From: Candidatus Iainarchaeum sp.
GTDB lineage: Archaea > Iainarchaeota > Iainarchaeia > Iainarchaeales > CSSED10-239
Assembly (NCBI GenBank): GCA_028693335.1
Contig: JAQUVR010000025.1
Location: forward strand, 1 to 7,981
Direction: 5' to 3'
DNA: 7,981 nucleotides
Every line of letters begins with the position of its first letter. The stretch's first letter is position 1. The position numbers were made by a program, and so were the translations under genes. This document shows, piece after piece, positions 1-5,493 of the stretch. Below the pieces are notes generated by a model. That model saw only the letters and a program-made list of their open reading frames with translations. It was not told the DNA's origin and did no database searches.

Positions 1-231
1 TGAATAAGTACTTATTCCAGAAATTAATCCACCAACAACTCCATGGAAAATTGAACTTCCACCAACTAATTTTACGACAGTTCCGCTTAAGAAATTAAAT
101 CCAGTTTCAAGCATAGAAACTGTTTCTTTAGCTTTTGAAATTCCATCTCCTTCTGCATAGAGGTTTGCAAAATTAAATACAAACATCATTATTAAAATTA
201 TTCCTAAAAAATATTTTTGAATTGATCTCAT
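1..231 (-). CDS. Partial CDS (N-terminal 77 codons; the 3' end lies beyond the left window edge). Small secreted or membrane protein with a signal peptide/anchor and a glycine-zipper segment, function unknown.
   Basis: Hand translation of the minus strand from the ATG at 231..229 gives MRSIQKYFLGIILIMMFVFNFANLYAEGDGISKAKETVSMLETGFNFLSGTVVKLVGGSSIFHGVVGGLISGISTYS, with no stop before position 1 (231 nt = 77 codons). It is the first in-frame ATG after an in-frame TAA (249..247). It sits 38 nt downstream of the giant gene on the same strand and is preceded by GTGA plus a 7-nt A spacer. The N-terminus has a basic n-region (MRSIQK), a hydrophobic core (YFLGIILIMMFVFNF) and then a polar region. It is absent from the supplied ORF track, presumably because no stop lies in the window. 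Confidence 0.55.
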   Translation of the reverse strand, partial: MRSIQKYFLGIILIMMFVFNFANLYAEGDGISKAKETVSMLETGFNFLSGTVVKLVGGSSIFHGVVGGLISGISTYS

Positions 232-269
232 TTTTTTTTCACGTTTTTATTTTCATTAATTATAAAAAT
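232..269 (-). promoter_or_regulatory. Short intergenic spacer with a candidate weak Shine-Dalgarno (GTGA, 239..242) and an A7 spacer before the ATG. It also has a T5 run and a TTTATA element (261..266) just after the upstream stop.
   Basis: The minus strand reads TAA-atttttataattaatgaaaataaaaacgtgaaaaaaaa-ATG. GTGA matches the 3' part of the extended SD consensus GGAGGTGA. TTTATA lies about 29 nt upstream of the ATG, which would fit an archaeal TATA box for a near-leaderless transcript. Such A/T words are expected by chance in DNA this AT-rich, and the two readings (SD versus leaderless) are partly incompatible. Confidence 0.2.
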
Positions 270-3200
270 TTATGTCAAATCTGAAGGAACACAGTTATTT
301 TGCGGACTATCCCAAATTAAGCCAGATCCACAAATAACATTTATTGTTTTTTCAGTTGTTTCAGATTCTGATCCACTTATGACAGTTAATTTTACAGTCA
401 CCTGGCCGCGTGGAACTGTTTTGACAGATATATCTTTTGTAACATACGTAACAAGATTGGAATCTGATGGTTTAAACTCCCAATTATATGTGACATTTTC
501 GGTTTTATTTACTTGTGAAGTACAAGTAACAGTTGTATTACTTGCTAAATTTGCTATTTGGCCACTACAAGTAAAATCAACTGTTAATTGAGAATCATTG
601 GTAGCATCAACACAAGCACAAGACCCAGCTCTACAAACCTTTGTTTTGCCTTCATCACAAGATATTGTTGAACAATTTTCATCTTTTGAACAGGTATTAG
701 TTTGATTAGTACTTGCTTGACAAAAACCATCTTTACATACTTGACCAACAGCACAAACTGTAGCTGCGTTTTCTTGATTACAAGCAATTCTTGTAACTAC
801 TGCGTTACTTGCACATTTACCATCTGTACAAACATAACCGGTAGCACCACAATCAGTTGCTACTGTTTGGGGAGTACATGTTTTTCCTATAATCTGATCT
901 GCAACTTGTGCTGCGCCAGCTGCTGCTGCAGCTGGTTTTCTTATAAAAGGATCAATAACCTTTGCAAGTGCTTGAAGACCTGCTGATCCAACACCAGTAA
1001 ATAATCCATCTCTAAATCCGGCCAATATAGCCATTCCCCATTTAGCACCACTGTCTGCTTTTCCTTCTACCTTTACCGTTTGACCATAACATCTATTAAT
1101 GATATTAGTGGTATCATAACTTTTTGCATTTACTGCAAGTCCATTACTCTCAGAGAATGCTGATCTGTAAAGATCAAATTCGTATCTTTCTAGATCTAAA
1201 CAACCAGTTCCTGGTCTTACAAGTACTTTAATTCTTCCAACATTTGCTTCTGATCCTCTTTGATCTGCAATTCTTGAAAATATATTTATATAATAAATTC
1301 CTGGAGTAATACCAAGAGCAGAAACCTTAATCTCTTCACTTGATCCTGTTCCAGCAACTCTAATATTTTCTCTTGGATTAAACATTAATCCTTGACAATT
1401 ATCACATGATAATCTATAGATTGTTTCTTTTCCACAACCTTTATTTTCTATAACAAAACTATCTTCTGATCCTAGATCGTTTATTGTTAATACTTTTTTT
1501 GCAATATTATAACAATCTCCTAAATTTACAACATTATACAAGAAATTAAAACTATTTTCTATGTTTTGTGTTCCTGTTGTTGTAACATTAGTAGATCTAA
1601 AAATTATTTTTCCTTTAACATCTCCAGTAAACCTACCAACTGGTTCAAATCTTAATTTTACTGGATATAATTTTTCTGCTTCAACTGTGTCATATATTGT
1701 TTTATAATATGCAGGAGATAACTCAACAATTCTATTTCCAACACTTAAAATAAATCTCCCATTTGGTGTTCCTTCAAATTCTACTTTAGCAGATAATCCG
1801 CCAAGTAATGGAACTGGTGTTTGTTTTATTGCACAATCGTTTTTTAGAGTAAATTGTTTTTCATAATAACCAGATTGAACAACTTCATGTAAAGAAGTAT
1901 CTGACATTGTCAAACATGCAGAATTATCAAACATTCCATCAAATCCAACAGTTATTGCCACAGGAATTTCTTCATCCCAAATGTAATTGTTACTTCTTGA
2001 ATCTTTTAATGAAACTAATATTTTTGCATTTAGATTTTGAAGTTCTCTAATAGTTTGTATTCTTGCATTAGTATTAATTGCAAAATCAAATGTTTTTTTT
2101 GTTTCATAGTTTGTTGTTGAATCAGGATCTACTCCTTTAATAACTGTTCCAATAAATGATTGTAATTCATTGTTTACTCTAACAACATCTATTACTTCTA
2201 AATCACTACTTTCACCAACAAGTTCGATCTTTTCAACAACTAAATCTTGTTGTGAAATATTTTCTATTGCAAGTGTTAAATTTTGTGTGGTTTTATCATT
2301 TACATTTAAACTTACTCCAAGTCTTGTTGGAGTTATTAAATAAATATTATCTGTTGTTGTAATTTCACTTACATGTGTTTCATATTCAGGAGATTGAACA
2401 TAAACATAAACTTTATTGCCAGATTTTTGACCAGGAATATTATTAACAGAAACCATTCCAAGTGCACCAACTGTTACTGGTCCAGCAATTGTGTTTTTAA
2501 ATCTGTCTTTCACTGTTACTGTAACTTCTTGATCAACTTCTATTTGTTTAGTTGCATCCTTTATTTCTAACTGTAAACTAAAGTTTTTTCCAGATGGAAT
2601 TACTTTTGGTGTGATGTCAACTAAAAATGTTTTATCAGAAAGTGCATGTATTGTTATATATCTACTAAACACAACCTTTTGATCTGAAATAAGTTCTAAT
2701 TTTATTTGTCTATCTCCTTTTAAGATAGGTCTAAATCTTATTTCTCCGGTTAATGTTGTTCTAGGCATAAACTCGCCAGTAGCAATATCAAACTTATATT
2801 CGTTTGCTGCTGGTGTTTTTTGTATTTGTGAATCTGTTGGTAATTTCAAATTCATGTTAACAAAATATATTCCTTCATCTTCATTTTCTAATCTAAATCT
2901 TGATTGACTATATATTTTACTATTGTTGTTATTTGTCAAACCAAAATTTAATAAATAATCTTTTTGTGGAGCACCAGTATAACTGGATACAACATCTTCT
3001 CTTAAATTTTGAGCGATATCTGTAATTGTAACTGTAAAACAAAAATCATCATTACATGCAATTTCATCACCAATATTAAACGGTGTAGTATTGTATGCCA
3101 TATATTCAATTTCATCTTCAGAACCATCATAAGCTGGATCTGTTTCATAAACATAATCTCTATTATATCCATAACCTAAATAATTAATTTCAACTCTTTC

Positions 3201-5462
3201 TCCAAATAAAGCACTATCTCTTACCTTTACATCTGCAACTATTTCATAAGCTGTTGCATAATCTTGAGATGAATAATTTGATTCATTAAAAACTATTTTT
3301 GCCCATTTGCTATCTCCAAGAGTTCTACTATCAACATCTTCTTTATCATTATACCCATCAGAGTTACTATATTGTGTGTATTTTTCAATAGTTGCTCCAG
3401 GAACATCAATGTTTCTAATATATATACTGTCATTTTCTAAATATGGGCTATTTTTACTTCCAGTTCTAATAACAGCACCAACTTCTCTAAATCTTTCATC
3501 TCCTGATCTATCACTTGGAACAAATAATACAAACTTTGCTTTATATTCTTGTCCTGCTTTTAAGAAACCATCAAGTTTACTATCTCCTCTAAAAAATCCT
3601 AAAAATTTAATTTCTGGTTTAGAGATTGCTGACTTTGGTTCATATAATGCAACTTTTAAACTTGCATCTTGATTTGGTAATATCTTTACATAATTGGATT
3701 GTGTTACACCAAGTGCGCCTAATGGATCAGAAGCAACAACATAAATATCTAAATCTGCATCAAGATCTACTGCAATTAATCCTTGTGCATCTGTTAATTG
3801 TCCACCAACTGTTGGAACATGTCTACTATATTTATCATATATTTCTACTTTTGCGTTTGGAACTGGTTGATTATCTTTATCAACAACACTAATTAATAAC
3901 ATTCCTTTTGAAACCGCCATTACAACTTCATAAGGAGGAGTTACTTCTGAAAGTTTTGGATCAAAATTAAATTCTATTGATCTACCAACAGAGCTTCCCT
4001 TTAGAGCATATGCAAAATAATTTCCTGATCTAACATTAAATGTAACGTTTCCGTCAAAGTCACTTATTCTTGGTTGATAATCTGTTAAAAATCCAGTATC
4101 AGCATCATATAGAACAACTTGTGCATGTGGATAACCTTTTCCTGTATTTCCATTAATTACTCTTATGTTTATTGGAGCAACTGTACTTGCAGTTACTTGT
4201 GTTAACTTGATTGTTATATTTGGGTAAGCTGGCATTGATGATGTTGCACTAACTGCTTTTGATTCAATTAAGTATCCTTCTTTATCTACTACAACTCTAT
4301 AAGCTAAAGAATTATTAGAAACCCCAAATAAATATTCTCCATTAACATCTGTTCTTCCAGTACCCATATCTTGATCTTGTACTTTTAATGTTAATATCGC
4401 ATCGTCTATTGGTATGTTGTTATTACCAACAACCTTTACCTTAATATATCCAGTAATATCTCTAGTCATATAAATTGTTTGAGTAGTATCATAATTGACA
4501 GTAATATTTGAAGATTTATTTACATAAATTGGCTCAACTCTATTATCTTGTGCCCTTAATTCATAATTTCCAGAAAGAACACCAGTAATATTACATGTTC
4601 CGCCTGTGTTGGTTACGCAATTGGAGCCCATTATTGATACTCCTGTTGTTGTATATAAAGAAAATTTAATGTTGTCTAATGCTTGACTGGTTATTTGATC
4701 CTTTGCATGAACTGTAACTGTATAATAACTATCTTCTTCTTCAAAATCTGCATATGTGCTTGTTGTAGAAATTATATTTGTCCCAGTTGTAATTACTCTA
4801 TTGTAAACTGTTTCATACCCTTCAGCAGAAATAGTTGCTCTTAGTCCACAATTTGGATCTGCAGAAACTTCTACAACTCCATTTATTAAATCTACATCAT
4901 TTGGTGGTAAAACATTATTATTGCTACAACTAAATTCTGCTTTTCCATTACTTAATACTCTATTATTATATTCATCTACTAAACTAAAAGTATAATTTAA
5001 AATTTCTTGATCCAAACCAACTTTTTCTAAGAAAATTGCAAGTTCTCCATATCTTGCTTCATCAAATAAATAGGTTTTATTATATCTTTTATAATTTGCT
5101 GCTGTGTAGTCAATATCAATTAAAAAATTATCTCCATTTTTTACATCAATATATACTTGACCATTATCATTAGTTCTTATATTTTTTTCTCCAGCAATAT
5201 CAAATGATACAAGTATTGGAACATTAGGGATTGATTGCCTTGTTTCTAAATCACTTACAACCAATAAAACACTTGTTGAGCCCATTGGTTTCATTGGGAC
5301 TAATAAAAATATTCCTGCAATTAGTATTATTATCAGTAATATGAAAAATAACATAGATGGCATTACCCTATCTATTTTATCTGTTATTTTATATAGTCCA
5401 GTTTTTTCTACAAAATCATACCATTTATTCTCTATTGAATAATAAAAACTTTTTAAGCTCAT
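270..5462 (-). CDS. Giant (1730 aa) N-terminally membrane-anchored multi-domain surface protein / putative adhesin, with no recognisable catalytic domain.
   Basis: An uninterrupted 5193-nt ORF in very AT-rich DNA, where stop codons are frequent by chance. The start at 5462 is the first ATG after an in-frame TAA (5480..5478) and is preceded by AGGGA (5470..5474) plus a 7-nt A-rich spacer. The stop is TAA at 272..270. The product has a coherent modular architecture (TM helix, repeated beta-sandwich-like units, Cys-rich modules, PKD-like end), detailed in the sub-features below. Confidence 0.92.
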   Translation of the reverse strand: MSLKSFYYSIENKWYDFVEKTGLYKITDKIDRVMPSMLFFILLIIILIAGIFLLVPMKPMGSTSVLLVVSDLETRQSIPNVPILVSFDIAGEKNIRTNDNGQVYIDVKNGDNFLIDIDYTAANYKRYNKTYLFDEARYGELAIFLEKVGLDQEILNYTFSLVDEYNNRVLSNGKAEFSCSNNNVLPPNDVDLINGVVEVSADPNCGLRATISAEGYETVYNRVITTGTNIISTTSTYADFEEEDSYYTVTVHAKDQITSQALDNIKFSLYTTTGVSIMGSNCVTNTGGTCNITGVLSGNYELRAQDNRVEPIYVNKSSNITVNYDTTQTIYMTRDITGYIKVKVVGNNNIPIDDAILTLKVQDQDMGTGRTDVNGEYLFGVSNNSLAYRVVVDKEGYLIESKAVSATSSMPAYPNITIKLTQVTASTVAPINIRVINGNTGKGYPHAQVVLYDADTGFLTDYQPRISDFDGNVTFNVRSGNYFAYALKGSSVGRSIEFNFDPKLSEVTPPYEVVMAVSKGMLLISVVDKDNQPVPNAKVEIYDKYSRHVPTVGGQLTDAQGLIAVDLDADLDIYVVASDPLGALGVTQSNYVKILPNQDASLKVALYEPKSAISKPEIKFLGFFRGDSKLDGFLKAGQEYKAKFVLFVPSDRSGDERFREVGAVIRTGSKNSPYLENDSIYIRNIDVPGATIEKYTQYSNSDGYNDKEDVDSRTLGDSKWAKIVFNESNYSSQDYATAYEIVADVKVRDSALFGERVEINYLGYGYNRDYVYETDPAYDGSEDEIEYMAYNTTPFNIGDEIACNDDFCFTVTITDIAQNLREDVVSSYTGAPQKDYLLNFGLTNNNNSKIYSQSRFRLENEDEGIYFVNMNLKLPTDSQIQKTPAANEYKFDIATGEFMPRTTLTGEIRFRPILKGDRQIKLELISDQKVVFSRYITIHALSDKTFLVDITPKVIPSGKNFSLQLEIKDATKQIEVDQEVTVTVKDRFKNTIAGPVTVGALGMVSVNNIPGQKSGNKVYVYVQSPEYETHVSEITTTDNIYLITPTRLGVSLNVNDKTTQNLTLAIENISQQDLVVEKIELVGESSDLEVIDVVRVNNELQSFIGTVIKGVDPDSTTNYETKKTFDFAINTNARIQTIRELQNLNAKILVSLKDSRSNNYIWDEEIPVAITVGFDGMFDNSACLTMSDTSLHEVVQSGYYEKQFTLKNDCAIKQTPVPLLGGLSAKVEFEGTPNGRFILSVGNRIVELSPAYYKTIYDTVEAEKLYPVKLRFEPVGRFTGDVKGKIIFRSTNVTTTGTQNIENSFNFLYNVVNLGDCYNIAKKVLTINDLGSEDSFVIENKGCGKETIYRLSCDNCQGLMFNPRENIRVAGTGSSEEIKVSALGITPGIYYINIFSRIADQRGSEANVGRIKVLVRPGTGCLDLERYEFDLYRSAFSESNGLAVNAKSYDTTNIINRCYGQTVKVEGKADSGAKWGMAILAGFRDGLFTGVGSAGLQALAKVIDPFIRKPAAAAAGAAQVADQIIGKTCTPQTVATDCGATGYVCTDGKCASNAVVTRIACNQENAATVCAVGQVCKDGFCQASTNQTNTCSKDENCSTISCDEGKTKVCRAGSCACVDATNDSQLTVDFTCSGQIANLASNTTVTCTSQVNKTENVTYNWEFKPSDSNLVTYVTKDISVKTVPRGQVTVKLTVISGSESETTEKTINVICGSGLIWDSPQNNCVPSDLT
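273..587 (-). other. C-terminal PKD-like / Ig-like domain of the giant protein (aa 1626-1730).
   Basis: The sequence is LTVDFTCSGQ...NVTYNWEFKPSDSNLVTYVTKDISVKTVPRGQVTVKLTVISGSESETTEKTINV. It follows the PKD pattern (v.F......Y.WdFgdg......h.Y...G.Y.V.LtV.d..G.s......i.V) with the usual GDG replaced by KPSD. It contains four Cys. This is a by-eye match only. Confidence 0.45.
612..878 (-). other. Three tandem Cys-rich mini-modules (aa 1529-1617; 14 Cys in 89 aa).
   Basis: The modules are CTPQTVATDCGATGYVCTDGKC, CNQENAATVCAVGQVCKDGFC and CSKDENCSTISCDEGKTKVCRAGSCAC. The first two share the spacing C-x8-C-x5/6-C-x4-C and a conserved VC-x-DG-x-C core. The third is a 6-Cys variant ending VC-x-AG-x-C-x-C. 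The even Cys count is consistent with disulfide-bonded extracellular knots. Confidence 0.6.
900..1049 (-). other. Gly/Ala-rich hydrophobic segment with a small-xxx-small (glycine-zipper) ladder followed by a poly-Ala hinge (aa 1472-1521).
   Basis: The sequence is SGAKWGMAILAGFRDGLFTGVGSAGLQALAKVIDPFIRKPAAAAAGAAQVA. Small residues occur at every fourth position: A1478, G1482, G1486, G1490, A1494, A1498. The PAAAAAGAA stretch is encoded by a local GCW-rich tract at about 908..937. Confidence 0.5.
3642..5273 (-). other. Array of six divergent carboxypeptidase-regulatory-like / prealbumin-like beta-sandwich repeats (aa 64-607).
   Basis: The units lie at about aa 64-133, 157-227, 247-332, 338-405, 430-500 and 521-607 (nt 5064-5273, 4782-4994, 4467-4724, 4248-4451, 3963-4175, 3642-3902). 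Each follows the pattern hydrophobic-x-hydrophobic-x-V-x-D/N...P(I/V)..A.(V/L).(L/I)...T(D/N)..G...(hydrophobic)....Y.....(E/K)GY. Examples are GYIKVKVVGNNNIPIDDAILTLKVQDQDMGTGRTDVNGEYLFGVSNNSLAYRVVVDKEGY and LLISVVDKDNQPVPNAKVEIYDKY...GQLTDAQGLIAVDL. This resembles the CarboxypepD_reg-like fold family. The repeats are divergent at protein level, and I see no DNA-level repeat. Confidence 0.6.
5295..5360 (-). other. Single N-terminal transmembrane helix / signal anchor of the giant protein (aa 35-56).
   Basis: PSMLFFILLIIILIAGIFLLVP is 22 uncharged, strongly hydrophobic residues. It is preceded by a 34-aa charged tail rich in K, D and E, with DR just before the helix, and followed by MKPMGSTS. 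No small-x-small cleavage site follows the helix, so an uncleaved anchor is more likely than a cleaved signal peptide. Confidence 0.8.
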
Positions 5463-5493
5463 GTTTTTTTCCCTATTTTATTTTATTAATATT
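5463..5493 (-). promoter_or_regulatory. 31-nt intergenic spacer with a candidate Shine-Dalgarno (AGGGA, 5470..5474) and a 7-nt A-rich spacer before the giant-gene ATG. This implies translational linkage with the upstream gene.
   Basis: The minus strand reads TAG-aatattaataaaataaaatagggaaaaaaac-ATG. AGGGA is the only purine-G cluster in the spacer. It sits the same 7 nt from the ATG as the GTGA before the downstream gene. No hairpin or long T-run that would terminate transcription is visible. Confidence 0.3.

Noticed and set aside
150-231. Type IV pilin / archaellin-like class III signal peptide in the small downstream protein.
   Set aside because: There is no (K/R)-G/A cleavage motif immediately before the hydrophobic stretch (the sequence is MRSIQKYFLG...). 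The layout fits an ordinary Sec-type signal or anchor better.
270-340. Search for a C-terminal sorting signal on the giant protein (PGF-CTERM/archaeosortase, LPXTG/sortase, PEP-CTERM).
   Set aside because: The C-terminus (...VICGSGLIWDSPQNNCVPSDLT) has no terminal hydrophobic helix, basic tail or sorting motif. Anchoring is via the N-terminal helix instead.
600-1060. Locally GC-richer stretch, including a GCW-rich tract at about 908..937, considered as a possible horizontally acquired insert or microsatellite.
   Set aside because: The shift is explained by amino-acid content (Ala, Gly and Cys codons). Third positions remain A/T-biased like the rest of the gene, and the frame is continuous. 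The GCW run is only about 9 codons encoding PAAAAAGAA.
2093-2100. A8 homopolymer in the coding strand (ETKKTF) of the giant gene, and an identical A8 run (TKKTF) at 5565..5572 in the upstream gene. These could be slipped-strand phase-variation switches.
   Set aside because: Runs of 7-8 A/T are common by chance at this AT content. Both simply encode Lys-Lys flanked by ACA codons, and each is a single tract deep inside or at the end of its gene, not near the 5' end. Population read data showing length heteroplasmy would be needed to revive this idea.
3582-3590. RGD tripeptide (FFRGDSKL, aa 625-627), a possible integrin-type adhesion motif.
   Set aside because: A three-residue motif is expected by chance in a 1730-aa protein, and nothing here suggests a eukaryotic integrin-bearing host.
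379-3892. Plus-strand track ORFs at 379..591, 702..986, 2373..2570, 3307..3672 and 3626..3892, plus the minus-strand off-frame ORF at 584..787.
   Set aside because: All lie wholly inside the 5.2-kb minus-strand ORF. Their translations are low-complexity Leu/Phe/Cys/Ile-rich strings typical of antisense or off-frame reading of A-rich coding DNA. None has a start context or any domain pattern. They are shadow ORFs.
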